Source of the DNA: Takakia lepidozioides
Lineage: Eukaryota; Plantae; Bryophyta
Assembly: GCA_030704615.1 (NCBI GenBank)
Contig: CM060734.1
Location: forward strand, 22,506,001 to 22,570,000
Direction of reading: 5' to 3'
Length of the DNA stretch: 64,000 nucleotides
Below, one piece after another: positions 49,089-62,184 of the stretch (position 1 is the first letter of the stretch; each line of letters begins with the position of its first letter). A program made the position numbers and the translations under genes. The notes beneath the pieces are model-generated. The model ran no database searches, was not told where the DNA came from, and saw only the letters and a program-made list of their open reading frames with translations.

Positions 49089-51733
49089 GGGGATTGCTAT
49101 TCCATGAGCTCATGAGCCATGAGCCCATGAGCGGGCATGCATTGCATGAGCCGCCATGCAACACACTACCAATAACGGTAGGTTTTTTTTTCGGGAAAAT
49201 AATAATAAAATAATTGGAAGTTTTTTCAATACTTTGTGAAAATTAAAATTTGGTTTTCGAAGATTTCCGCGCTCATGCTCAAAACACTCCGCTCATGGAT
49301 AACAGTATCCGCTCATGACCTTGAGCCCAAGCTCATGTACCGCCAGCCCAGATCATGGAAAAACTGCATATTGGCCAATAACGGCGCCGCAATTACCCCA
49401 TAGGAAGGGGCGCCTGCGGAATTACAATCGAGGTTTCCAGACTCCCAACACACAATGTGGACCTGTAACCATGGAGAGTACTTTTCCAGAAATGCATGAT
49501 GGTTGGGGATAACGGCGCTGAAATTGGGCACCGGAAAATAAATAGCCGGCTGAAGGCTACGGAGTGAAGGCAATAACGGCTCCAGAATATAGGACAGGGC
49601 CCGGGACTGCCAGATGCAAATTGTCCTGAAACTTGTGCGTATTTGTTTAATAAATGCAGACATGTGGGAGAAAATTTGAGTTATGCCGCATACCACATTG
49701 GCAGTGGAGCAATGATACATCCCTCTTCCGCCGGGCTCACTCTCATTCTGCTCTTATCTCTTCTTTTCTGTGCACATCTCCTCTCTGCACTGTGTTCTTA
49801 CTCTGTCTTGAGGCCATGACGTGCCCGAATCACATCTATCGACGCCAGATGGGACTCGTCACCCCGAAATCAGACGACATCATTGTCTTTCTAGATGTTT
49901 ACAGGGACGATCCTTGGCATGTTCAGCTGAGAGCAATGGAGTTTCCTCTAGGATTTCACAATTCTCCAGGACCTCGTTTGGCAAGCAGGTGGTTCCTGCA
50001 CATCATCGACCTGGACCTTCCGCTTCACTGGGAGCCGAACAGATCACACACAACGTTGTTGTATCGATGGAACAATTGTGAGTGGACGTATGATGAGTGC
50101 ATAGGTGAAAGCTATACGCGTGGATGGAGTGGCTCGCAAACCCAGTATGGGGACATTCTCTTGAGTTATGAGGATGAGCAGTAGGGGAACACAGGGCCCA
50201 CAATGAAGATGTCGTTGTACACAGGGGGCACTATCGATGGACACGACATCATCATTAGTTTCACGGGGGTGACATAAACCTCTGACATTGCATTCACATG
50301 GAGAAGCCCGGTCACTCAGGAGCTCGTTGAGAGGCCAGTTCGAGTTCCTTCTAGTTGGGCGAGGGGACCATAGCCGCCCTTCTTACATGTTTAGAATAGA
50401 CATGTTTGGACTCCCAGACACTCATGCACATATATTTTCCTGCAGAAGTAGCGTAGCTTCCCTGTGGCATATGGGGAATATACATGTTTGGACAGTCTTT
50501 TGTAAATGTTATTTGCAATTGACGGTCAGTATTGCTGGGACGTGTCGTCTGTGTATGGATTGGTCTGTGTGCACAAGGTCCAGTATGTGAATGCAGGAAT
50601 GTGCAATCGGAGCCTTGGCATTGGAACACAACACTTGTAATCTTGTAAAGGCATCACATTTGCCAAACAGTGTCATAGCATTGGAAGCAAAGCCGAGTTA
50701 TGGGATAAAGGCGCCGAAATACGCCACAATGGGCTACTGCATCTCCACAAAATGAATGCTCGGCACTAACCCATTAACATACAACGGCGGATTTGAAGGC
50801 ATGCTTATTGCAAGCAGTATGCAGTGCAACACTTCTCCCCAATCTCCTCAAAATGTATGCTTTGTACTGATCCACTAACAATGACATGAAGAAATGGAGC
50901 CATGCTTATTGGAAACAAGCTGCAGGGAGAGACTTCGACTATTACGGCACCCTAATAGTCCACAGTCGGCCCCTCCATCTTAGAAAATTTTATGCTTTGT
51001 GCGACCCCATATTAAACCAAATTCAAGAGGGAAGCCATGCTTATTGGAAACACGGCACCGTTAATAGGCGTTGCGATTGCAAATGTGAGGGCACAAATGA
51101 GGATTTCTTTTTTCTCCGGCTTCGGGATGTAGGCAGGGTCTCACTTTCAGCCCCCATGTCACATGACGGCACTGAAATAGGCTTCAAGGGGACCCTGCAT
51201 ATCCATAAAATATATGATGGGCAATGACACATCTCCTACGCTGGCACCGCCATCGGCAGGCCATGCAAACACGCCGTGACCAAGACGTTCTCTAAAAGTT
51301 TCAGTTGAATAAAGGCACCAAAATAGGTCACAATGCCCCTGCATCTACAAACAATGTTCATGCTTTCCCTCGATCCAATAACAGACAAAAGCACAATTCA
51401 AAGCATGCGAATGCCATTGAGGCTCAAAGGTGACAATTCCTCTATTGCGGCACCAAAATTGGCCTGGCCATGGAAACGCGGCACCACCAAATGTATAATT
51501 CCTGCCAAAAAACTATGGTGCAAAAGGACGAATGTAATAAAATTGGGTCGGAACGTGAGTTCCACATGTCTCAAAAATAGAGTACCGCCGCAATTGTAAC
51601 ACTGAAAGTGGCTATGATGTAGCACACTTTACACTTTCTCAATCCCGAATGTGGAATGTCAACCACTTCTCCCCGTATCTTGCCTGAGGGCCTTGTGCAG
51701 CTCGTGGAAGCTCAGTGTTGGAGCATGGATGAA
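49089..51733 (+). mobile_element. Truncated MULE-group element (E4): terminus, cargo gene and dispersed quasi-palindromes
   Basis: GGGGATTGCTATTCCATGAGC plus CATGAGC repeats. actccgctcatgg…atccgctca (~49285) matches ~5246 of the E1 left end. Cut by the LTR at 51734. Confidence 0.78.
49816..50373 (+). pseudogene. Cargo gene copy C (185 codons, two in-frame stops)
   Basis: SDDIIVF…LRAMEF…WFLHIIDLD…LYRWNNCEWT…IGESYT…YGDILL…YTGGTIDGHDIII…FTWRSP aligns with copies A and B. Confidence 0.8.
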
Positions 51734-54343
51734 TGTCGCGGCCCTTTGCCTTGAGGGCGGGGGGTCGGGACACAAGAGGGGCTGCCCCTATGGTGGGGGC
51801 AGTGGCAGCAAATCAGAAAGGGGGCTGAAGCACCCTTGAGTGCCAAAGGCACTCAAGGAGGTGGTGGCGCTCACTGGGTGGCGCCCCGCAAACCGGGTGG
51901 CGGTGGTGGGGCCCCCACGAGGGGTGGTGGTAGCGTAGGGAGTCGTAGTGGGGGTGACATAGGACTCACCATGAGGCTGAGGCCTTGCATGAGAGCTACC
52001 AAAAAGGATGTGGTATTTGTACTTTATGCGACTCCGATCAAGACCACAACAGACAAATGGTGGGAGTCGTTGGGAGTCTTGGGACTCATCACGGTCCATT
52101 GGGGCCATGGTGGGTGGGCCAAGACTCACCGCGGCTCACCACTGGGACGATCGAGGGTCTAAGTGGCGGTGCACCAGATTTGGACTGGGCTACTTGTGGA
52201 ACCCCCGTGGACACCTACAGAAGTATATGTAGGGAGTAGTAACCCCGAGAACGGTGCAAGCCCGTTGGTGACCAAAAACTAATGAGTAAGCGTGCGAACC
52301 GGAAAGCGATCAAGGTGTGGGAGCTGTTCCGGACTGCCATCTACCAGAGGGAATTTCCACTGAGCCCAACAGGTCGAGGGTGGAGTGGGAGTGTGAGGGG
52401 GACCGTTATGCCCCAGTGAGCAGCCGAAGCTCCGAGTTGGCCCGGCGGCCAGTTTGGGAGTTAGGCGCACGCATCAAAGCAAGTAACTATGACTTGAAGG
52501 GGAGCTTACCGAAGTGAGGTGCGTGACACTTGGTATCAGAGCTTAGAGTTCAGTACGCGATCGTCCTTGAGATCGGCCTCATCATGGGGTCGGGCAAGAC
52601 AAAGCGAAAGCGGAATGGCCCGAAAGACGATGATCCTGGTGAGCCCGGTGGGGGTGACGTGTCACCGAAGCGGCAAATGGAAGAGGCAATCTATGCTTCT
52701 GAAAGCAAGGCCGCTCAAGAACAGGAGGAATTTGGGAAGTCGGAGCCCGAGGACTTCCCAAAGGCTCTGCCAGACCAACAGATGTCTCCCATGCCAGCAG
52801 CCTTTAGGGAAGGGTTGTTGGCGCAGTTTGGCGGGACGTTGAAAGACATGATGAGGGCGGCTAATGCCACTTCCACTAAGGCAAAATTTAAGATCAAGCC
52901 TAGAGAACCCGACACCTTCGAGGGTGCCCGAAATCAGAAGGCACTCAACACCTGGCTCTTGGAGCTGGAGCAGTACTTCCGGGCGGCCAAGTTGAGTGAC
53001 GAGGATCGAGTGGAAGTGGCTCCCACCTATTTGAGGGGCTATGCTCAACAATGGTGGCAGAAGCGTCTTCATGACCAAGGGCCAAACCCAGAAACCTTGA
53101 GCTGGAGTGGGTTCAAGGGACTTATGAAAATACAGTTTGTGTCCATCAACGCGTACTGGCTCGCCCGGGACAAGATGAGGAACTTGAAGAAAACGGATGA
53201 CATTCGGAGATATGTTCAGGCTTTCAATGTGCTGTTGCTCGAAGTCGCAGATATGGCGGAACCAGAAATGGTCTTCAACTTTGTGGCGGGACTGGCCCCA
53301 TGGGCCAGGCAGAAGTTGGAGGAGAAGCCACCTAAGACTTTGAACGAGGCAATTGAAAGGGCTGAATGTTTCTCGGATGTCCCTAGGGGCGAAAGACAGG
53401 GCCGTACGGAGCTTAACCACAAGAAGATCCGGCGGGAGGGTGACTCTTTCCGACCGGAAAAGAAGTGGGATAGGCCACGCGGCGACAATGGCACATGGAA
53501 ATCGAAGGGAGGGCCTTCGCACGTCAAGGCGGCACCCCGGTGCTCAAAAGAAAAATCAGATGCGGCGGCTTATGGCGGACAGAAGGCAACCTTCGATGGA
53601 GTGTGCTTTAATTGCGGGGAGCCCGGGCACATAGCCAAGAAGTGCGCAAAAGCCAGACAATTGACATGACTCGGGCGACCACGGAGCTGTCCGAAGATTC
53701 CATTAGCCGCTTGGTGGAAGCGGTGGTTGCCAAGACTTGCAAGGTAGGCAACTACTCTTGTGAGTTGTATCAAGAGACTGGCCCCTTACGTAAAGGGAGT
53801 CAGTTTCATGTTCGTGAGTGGGATAAATTTCCGGAAATAACGTGTCGTTGTTGTGAACACAAGAGTGTCGCACTCCTTCATGACACCGGGCAACGGCACG
53901 GAAACTGGGCCTCCCGACAAGTGATGTGGGGGCTTCTATTGAAGTGCGTTCTGCCAAAGGAGAACCGCAACTGCGACGAGGTGGGCGTTCGATGTTCCTC
54001 TTCAGCTGGGGAGTTGGGTGGGACGTGAGAACTTGACCAGTTGCGAGATCAATGGAGTGGATCTCATTTGGGGGATGACCTTTTTGAGCAAATCCGGATC
54101 GATCATAGATGGCCGCAAGAGAATAGTCACGCTACCGTGTGGGAATGGTGGCGAAGTTTTACGGGTGTCAGAAACGCCCAACCGAGTGGGAGGGCGAATA
54201 AACCTGCTGACAACAAAGGAGTGGGCCGTGGAGAGCCACGAGCCCCAATTTTTGCTTTACGTGAGACAAGTGGAAGGAGAAGTCGATAGGGAGCCGAGCC
54301 CAGATTGGATCAAGGGGATCCTGGAGAAATACCAGGATGTGAT
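51734..54343 (+). mobile_element. Ty3/gypsy element: 5' LTR 51734-52528, tRNA-Met primer-binding site (PBS) 52531-52542, gag, decayed protease
   Basis: TGTCGCG…CGTGACA followed by tggtatcagagc; protease remnant DLIWGMTFL. Confidence 0.92.
52584..53669 (+). CDS. gag: Intact retrotransposon Gag
   Basis: EPDTFEGAR…WLLELEQYF…YLRGYAQQWW…; zinc knuckle CFNCGEPGHIAKKC. Confidence 0.9.
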   Translation: MGSGKTKRKRNGPKDDDPGEPGGGDVSPKRQMEEAIYASESKAAQEQEEFGKSEPEDFPKALPDQQMSPMPAAFREGLLAQFGGTLKDMMRAANATSTKAKFKIKPREPDTFEGARNQKALNTWLLELEQYFRAAKLSDEDRVEVAPTYLRGYAQQWWQKRLHDQGPNPETLSWSGFKGLMKIQFVSINAYWLARDKMRNLKKTDDIRRYVQAFNVLLLEVADMAEPEMVFNFVAGLAPWARQKLEEKPPKTLNEAIERAECFSDVPRGERQGRTELNHKKIRREGDSFRPEKKWDRPRGDNGTWKSKGGPSHVKAAPRCSKEKSDAAAYGGQKATFDGVCFNCGEPGHIAKKCAKARQLT

Positions 54344-55490
54344 TGCCATGGCCCTTTGCCTTGAGGGTAGGGGGTCGGGACACAAGAAGGGCTGCCCCTG
54401 TGGTGGGGGCAGTGGCAACAATAGGTACGGGGGCTGAAGCACCCTTGAGTGCCCAAGGCACTCAAGGAGGCGGAGGCGCTCACTAGGTGGAGCCCCGCAC
54501 ACCGGGTTGTGGTGGGGGTGGTTCCACGAGGGTGGGTGGTAGCTTAGTGGGTCTTAGTGGGGGTGGCATAGGACTCACCGTGGGGCGGAGACCTTGTGGT
54601 GGGAGTCGTGGGGAGTCTTGGGACTCATCACGGTCCATTGGGACCGTGGTGGTGGGACCAAGACTCACCGCGACTCATCACCGGGAGTCAAGGGTCTTCG
54701 TGGTGGTTCGCCATAAAAAGACGGTGTTGTTTGTGAAACCCCCGTGGATAGTCACAGAAGTATATAGGGAGTAGTAACCCCGAGAACGGTGCAAGCCCGT
54801 TGGTGACCAAAAACTAGTCAGTAAGCTTGCGAGCCGGAAAGCGACCAAGGTGTGGGGAGCTGTTCCGGACTGCCAACAACCAAAGGGAATTTCCATTAGG
54901 CCCAAAGTGAGCGAGGGTCTTGTGGAGGAGCAAAGGGGGGCCGTTATGTCCCGGTAAGCAGCCGAAGCTCCGAGTTGGCCCAGCGGCCAGTTTGGGAGTT
55001 AGGCGCGCGCATCAAAGCGAGTAACTATGACTTGAAGGGGAGCTTACCGAAGTGAGGTGCATGATACTTGGTATCAGAGCTTAGAGTTTAGTACGCAATC
55101 GTCCTTGAGATCGGCCTCATCATGGGGTCGGGCAAGACAAAGTGAAAGTGGAACGGCCCGAAAGATGATGATCCTAGTGAGCCCGGTGGGGGCGACGTGT
55201 CACCGAATCGGCAATTGGAAGAGGCGATTCATGCTTCTGAAAGCGAGGCCGCTCAAGAACAGGAGGAATTTGGGAAGTCGGAGCCCGAGGACTTCCCAAA
55301 GGCTCTGCCAGACCAACAGATGCCTCCCATGCCAGCAACCTTTTGGGAAGGGTTGTTGGCGCAGTTTGGCGGGACGTTGAAAGACGTGATGAGGGCGGCT
55401 AATGCCACTTCCACTAAGGCAAAGTTTAAGGTGAAGCCTAAGGAACCCGACACCTTTGAGGGCGTCCGAAATCAGAAGGCACTCAACACC
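54344..55490 (+). mobile_element. Second copy of the same LTR family inserted in the first: LTR 54344-55066, PBS 55069-55080, partial gag
   Basis: LTR, PBS and gag start closely match 51734-52950; no PPT precedes this LTR. Confidence 0.9.
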
Positions 55491-57732
55491 TCCCCATTAT
55501 CCTTATACACTTGTACATGCCCTCACATGCCAAAGATCTCCCCCTGATCCCTGATATCCTACTGACCATCTCCAACACATTAACCCAATCCTCCATCCAT
55601 TCCCAGCACTACATTCTAGCAGGCGATTTCAACAGGGACATTGCCCTCATGGGTCACACATACAACGGTATACACAAAACTCCATCCCTTGCAGACCAGG
55701 AATGGGCCAAATTTACTCAATCACACCACCTCCGTTATATACCCGCCGATCACCATTATTCCTGACAAGGTGGACCTAACTACTCATCCATAAGCCTTCT
55801 TGACAGCTTCTACCTCAAGACACAAAATGACATCCCAACGTACCTTAACAGTCACGTGCACATTAATAGTTTATGCAACTCAGACGATTATCCCGTTTCA
55901 GTAACCATCCCACCATCCCTCATCCCCTTTAGACCTATTCCACCCATACATGTTCCACCGCCGCAATCTAGAATTTTATCCCCACTCCCCCACAATAACA
56001 TAGTCACATTCCTAAAGCACTTCCAACCAACATCCTCACACCTTATGCTAAAACTCTCCGACATACTCTCCGAAGCAAACCTCGCGCAATCCCCTGACAA
56101 AGCCTGGATCGAAGCCGAGATATACTCACAACTTCAATGAGAGAAATGACCAAAAGTGTCATTGCCACCTGCTCTGCCCCTCCTGAAATCCCACAAACTA
56201 CACGCTCAAAACAAAATGGTGGCTACCTTACCCGTACTCAAAAACGTACATGGACATCACATCTTAACACATACCACACACGTCAACGCGCCCTCACTAT
56301 TATACCTACCACTACCCCCATACACCCGGGGAATAACTGGACATCGGATCCACGTATCACTTGCCTAAATACCCTAACAACATGTCAAGCACTTATGTCT
56401 CCAACTGTATGTGTAAAGCTAAACACTATCCATGGCATGATATAGATGGCTTTCTGATTGATAACAGAGGATCCCCAACGGACCGCATTCTAGACTTATT
56501 CATAATAGATTTCTACAAATCATGTCTCAAAAAACTATCTAAATCTAAAGCCTCGGGCCCCGATCTTATACCAAATGTCATACTTCAAGCATTGGACCCT
56601 CAACTTCATCACCTCATTTTTAAATTCTTTCAACTATGTTACAAACTGAAACTAATTCCACACTCCTCGAAGCATAGCCGCACCATTTTACTCTTTAAAA
56701 AAGGTGACCCTACATATCTCAGTAATTACAGACCCACAGCACTGGCCAATATCATATACTAGCTATTCACCAGCACGTTCACCACAATGCTCTCAAGCTA
56801 TGGCGAACAACACCAAATTCTCAGTGACCCCCAAGAAGGATTCCGAGCTACGCGTAGTACAACAAGACAAATACAATATGTTCTATCCGCCCTCAAAGAC
56901 ACTAAACTTACAAAGCAAGACATATATCTCTTATATATCGACTTTAAAAATGCCTTCGGTTCTTTAGATCATGCTAGGTTACTCACTATCATGCTTGATC
57001 TTGGGTACCCCACTGATGCCATCCATCTTATAGGAAACATCTACACAAACAGTACCACTGAATACTTTGGTGCCTACTATGGCTTCACCCCGCCTATCTC
57101 CATCCTCCGAGGAACCATCCAAGGAGACACCTTAAGTCCTTACCTATTCACTATCGTCCTAGAACCCCTACTCTGATGGCTAGCCCGTGGCAAACTTGGT
57201 TATCAATACAAAACCTCCTTAAGTGACATCTCAGCTGCAGCATATGCAGACGATTTCGCCATCCTGGCACACAAACCACAACACCTAAACCGACAAGTTA
57301 ATAGATTCAATCTATGGTTAGGCATGGAACTCAGCTTACACAAATGCGCCATCACTACCGCCACACATCACAATCGGCTCACTAAAGCAGCCATAGCCTC
57401 ACATTGCAAACTCTATGTACACTACCAAAACACACATTTCCCCTTCCTAGGACCAGATGAGCCATACACCTACCTGGGTATCCAATTAGTACCCTCCATC
57501 ACTTGGCACATCCAAAAAGACTCTACATCATCCAAACTCGCTACCAAAAGTTTGGCCCTGCTCAAATCCCCAATTGTCATCCATCCAAAACTATCAATCA
57601 TTCAATCTGTACTACAAATACAAATTCAATACTCATTTCACGCCGCACCCTTCTCCCTACTGGACATCAAAAAACTTCATAAAAGCATTATTCAACTTAC
57701 AAAGCGCGTATGTGGCTTACCAACTAGTACCC
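55491..57732 (+). mobile_element. LINE copy 3 (APE C-terminus and RT; stops, internal deletion)
   Basis: LAGDFNRD, YIDFKNAFGSLDHARL, RGTIQGDTLSP, AYADDF, YTYLGIQL; collinear with copy 1. Confidence 0.92.
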
Positions 57733-60585
57733 GACCGGTTTAAATGATTTTCTATGGATTTCATTGGAGGAAAAGGCTCAAATTCGCCCTTAAGGGTTGA
57801 GCGGATGATAACCGCCACCTAGCGGTCAACAAGGATGAGGAAAATCCCTTTGACCGGTTTCCTGGATGAGTTCCATCCAAATATTTGTTTATTGAACTTT
57901 AGTAGTTTATTATTATATCTCCCTCTAGTTTATATTAGTTTAAGACTATCCTACAATATTTTAAGAGCCCCAAAAACAGTATAAAAGAAGGGCAAGGCTT
58001 CCTTGTTTCTTCACCTAGTTCATTTCTTTGCTTTGTTCTTGCTTTGTTGTAGTTTAGTTTGCTAGAGGGAGCCTAGGTCTAGGGAGTGGAGCTTGAAGCT
58101 CCCTAATTAGGAAGGAGTGTTGATTTTGAGAGCTAAGGCGAGGAAGCTAGCTCGTTGTGGGCCTTGAGGCCATTTGCTTTGATAAAGAAGGAAGTTCGTG
58201 ATCACTAGAGAGTAGATTGGAGTGACTTGGGACAAGTAGAGAGCTATGGGTGGACAATGTTGACATGCACCTAGAGAAAGGGCCTCACAAGAGCCACACC
58301 ATCGAGCCATTAGAGCATCCCAAGCTCACATGGCTCCTAAGGTTGATAAACCACTTACCTTACTTTGCTTTGATGTTTGTTTTGCTATTCCATTTGAGTT
58401 TGCAAGACAGGCCCACGAGAGGTTGTCTCTTATATGTGAAAAACTAACCTTCTAGGGAAAGAGGAGAGCTTAGTTAGAGAGAAAGGTTGATTTGTTAAAG
58501 GACCAAGGACTCCATTGTGGGTTGAAGTCATATGACGTGGTACATGTGTTAAGGAGAAGGAAACTTCCTTAAAAGCTAAGAGTGAGAAGGCCTCTTAGGC
58601 CATAGATCCATAGGATCATATATATATTTCTTTATTGCTGTGCTTTGAGTTTTTAAAGTGAAAAGGTTCCGGAAAGAGAGGACCAGCAAGGTGGTTAGTA
58701 TCTAGGAGGGCCAGGGTGGCTATACTACCTCACTAACCCCCCTAAAAGACAGGGAGATCTTAGAGTAGGGGGTGGGGTTTCATTCTTTTGTTTTTTGTTG
58801 TTTATTCCCATTATGAGGCGCCATTGAGGCCCGCTCAAGCAGGGATAGAGTCGCCATAAGCTTAAGAGGCGAGGGAACTTTGTATGTTGGGCCCCCGCAG
58901 CCACGCGCCGAGGCGCTGAGGGCGCGGGGCCTGCGTTGACTGTCGTACTTGAGGAAAGGACACACACGCGCGGCAGAGCAGAAGCGTGCGGACAGGCTGA
59001 GAGCCCCGCGCGCAAGACCGCCGGGCCGCCGCAATTGGCTGGACGGCGTAGCAGACATACACTGAACGAACCGCTGGGTAACCCGCACGTGCGGCCGCGC
59101 CTAAGTGGGCTCCGCCACGCGTCCAGGGAGCTTTTACCCGACGGACGCCCCCGGGGGGGGGGTGTTTAAGGGGTTTTTGAACCCTTCTCTATTGTTTATT
59201 GGGGAAAACCCCTTAGCTTTGATTTTTGCTGTATCAACAGATTTAAGGGTAGCAAAAATCCGAGAGCCGGGGAGGAGATAGCTTAGAGAGTGGCCTCTCT
59301 TTTGGATCGGCCTTTGAGAGTGAGGAGCCCCGAGCCCCGAGCTACACGCCGAGACAGCGGCAAAGAGGTTTTGGGTACAAACTACTCTATCCTAGTTTTT
59401 AGGCTACAGTAATGAATAGTGAAAGGGAGAGAGGTAGGGGATGACTTATTCTAAGATAGGAAAGCGCTCTTGCTCCCTTATTTAATTATATTCTATAAGC
59501 GCCTGGAGGAAGAATCGGCTGGGCCCACCAGGTAGGGTAGGTCGCGGCAGTACCACGTACGTTTTGGCTGGTGGATGAACTGCGATTTCATCCGCCTCTG
59601 TTGTTTTCATCCGTCGGGCAGGGGTTGTGGTTCCCCCCCCCCCCCCCCCACGGGAACAGGTTCCCGGGGTTCCCAACGATCAGGTGCGTTCTCAGGGCAT
59701 TCCCATGGCCCCTACAGGTAATTCCTGGATCCCTGGGATCTGGAGCAGATTCTCTGCCCAGTGGTCATTTTTATTATTTTTCCATTTATTTATTTATTTG
59801 AGGTTATTTGTTGGGAAGGAAAATAGGAGAAATTGGCTTATAGCTTTGGAATCGATTTAAACCCTTCGCCCCTTAGATTTGGGAAGTTCGGAAGGAGTGT
59901 TGGCCCGTCCTGAGAGGTGTTTGAATTCAACCACTCAAGAATCCTGGAGGAAGAGGGGATCTCCCTTTCTCCCTAAACCCGGTAGGTGCTTTGTGAAGGG
60001 ACGAAGGGAAGTCCCGGCTATAAGCGGCTCGGGGGTTTAGGCTAGTAGGACTTAGTAATAAACAAGACTTGGAGGGCAATTAAAAAACTAAAAAAACGCA
60101 TAAAAAGACTGTAGGAACTAGAAGCGCAACCTCGCCCTGTGAAGTAGAAATTGTATTCTCTTTGTTGGTAGGATTAGAATTGTTTAAGGATTCGCGCCAC
60201 TAGCATTGCCGCGGACCCCTGCACTAAACACAGTGGGGTGGGCGGTTCCTTGAGCCCAACCCATTCCGCTACACACCTCGACCCATCCTAGCTAGTATGT
60301 CGTCACCCCGACAGCGCACGTCCAGGGCTCGTCATATAAATGGTGCGTCTGCCGGGAGGTGAGTAATTAGTCAGGAAGCTTCTATTTTTTTTATGGATGA
60401 AGTAGCAGGCATTGTACTCATTCTTGTAGCTGCTTATACTTTGTTATACATTGCATATATGCGTTTGATTATTTTGGGTGTTGTTGAGGAACCACCTACC
60501 AGGGAGGATTGAAACCCCCATTTTATAGGCTGAATGTTGAATTCCTTTGGAAATACTAACGTCATGGCATTTATGGAGATGTAGT

Positions 60586-61317
60586 ATGACTACTCAGATG
60601 GATGCCCATCGCTTCTATCTATCATTTGAGGCACGTGTCACCGGCCTCTATCGCGTCATTTCTGGAACTCGATCAGGTGAAGTTCTGACGGAGGATGCCA
60701 TTGTTATTTGCAAATTGATGCGAAGACACATCTTGGATATCGCCGAGGAGTACAGGGGATATTGGATCTCGGCTAGGGTAGGCCCGTTGGGAAAGAAGGC
60801 CTTCATGGCGCCCATTTCTTCTTTCTTCAGGTTCAACGCGTGTTGGCCTAGGTGCTGTCAACCTCCTTTTTTGGGATATCTTAATGTGCAATCCGCAGTG
60901 GAAGCACATCTCGCTTGGCAGGTCGCTTACTTGGGTTGTTGCCCATTGTGCCGGACCATCGCCGACCAGGTCATCAATTTCCAAGGACCGCTCCCCACCA
61001 CCCGAAGATCGGGAGAGGCCACCCATTTTTTAGGCAGGAAAATTCATGTAGATCTTACTTTTGATTGGATTTGTTGGTTGTTTGGTTGTGCATTAGAGGA
61101 TTACCTGGAAGCAGAGGAATGCCTCCCTCATCCATCAAGTACTACTAAACTCATTTGTCACCCAAGGTTTTACAACAGCCGCAGGAACAATGCGGCAACA
61201 CTCGTCATCGAGTTGATCACAGACGGGCGATTGGATTTAGCCGCGACAGTGCACGATTGTGTGTGGATCAAAGATCGTCCTCACGAAGCGCCTCGAGGCC
61301 CCATTCCAGATCTGTAG
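60586..61317 (+). CDS. Unknown 243-aa Cys/Trp-rich ORF upstream of gag
   Basis: Uninterrupted frame on the same strand as gag; no recognised domain. Confidence 0.5.
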   Translation: MTTQMDAHRFYLSFEARVTGLYRVISGTRSGEVLTEDAIVICKLMRRHILDIAEEYRGYWISARVGPLGKKAFMAPISSFFRFNACWPRCCQPPFLGYLNVQSAVEAHLAWQVAYLGCCPLCRTIADQVINFQGPLPTTRRSGEATHFLGRKIHVDLTFDWICWLFGCALEDYLEAEECLPHPSSTTKLICHPRFYNSRRNNAATLVIELITDGRLDLAATVHDCVWIKDRPHEAPRGPIPDL

Positions 61318-62184
61318 CAACCACCACCGTTTCACTTTGCGAAGGACATCCCTACTAGTTTTCTTCCAATCATTCTTCTAAGGGTAGTGCATTCCCTTTC
61401 GTCTGCTAGCAGCTCCCCGTATACCTCAGTACCCGGATCACCCATTGGTAGGGGAGAGGAAGTGACGGCCTCTGTCTAGGTAAGTGCTCTCGCAGGTTTA
61501 AGAGAGATCTTGTAACTTAATACATTGTTCATTTTGTCAAAACGGCCAGTGATGTAGTGCCGATAAACTTAGTACGCGATTCTTCCATTAGTTTGGATCG
61601 ATGATTACTCTTCCATGTTGTCTTAAATGTTATGTCTTTTGAAGCAAAGATTAAAAGGATTTACAGATTCTGGAAACATGATCGAGAGGTACGAGTAAGG
61701 GTAGAAGCCTTTATCGATCCAATGGCTCGGAGAAAGTCCATTAGAAAGGGGTGGATAGACGAAAGAGTCTGGTGTGCGACCCGCAACAAGTGGAGCTCTT
61801 GAACATTTCTATTGGAGTAGGGACAGACCTCACTGGCCTTATTGCTCGTGTCCCGGAATATACTTAGGGGGCTCTACACCCCCGATCATCTTTTGTTGCG
61901 CACCTAAGGTGGCAGGTAGATTTCTTCACCCATTGTAGGGTATGCCAGCTTCTCGCAACACATTATTCAAAAACTAGAGAGGAGTGTGGGTGTTGTCATA
62001 GTCCTGTGCCTGCAGAAGATTGGATCTTGCATGGTATGTTACACCACGGATGTACCATCATCACCAAGGTTCCACGGTAGGTATCCGGATTTAACCTCCT
62101 TCATTCTTGATATGGTCCTTCAAGGGAATATAGGTCCTTTGGGGCAACCAGAAGTAGGAGAGTCATCATTGCAACAGTGAGTGT

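Noticed and set aside
38730-49110. E3 and E4 termini as two ends of one element
   Set aside because: They have the same orientation, different subterminal repeats and internal palindromes, and unrelated flanks.
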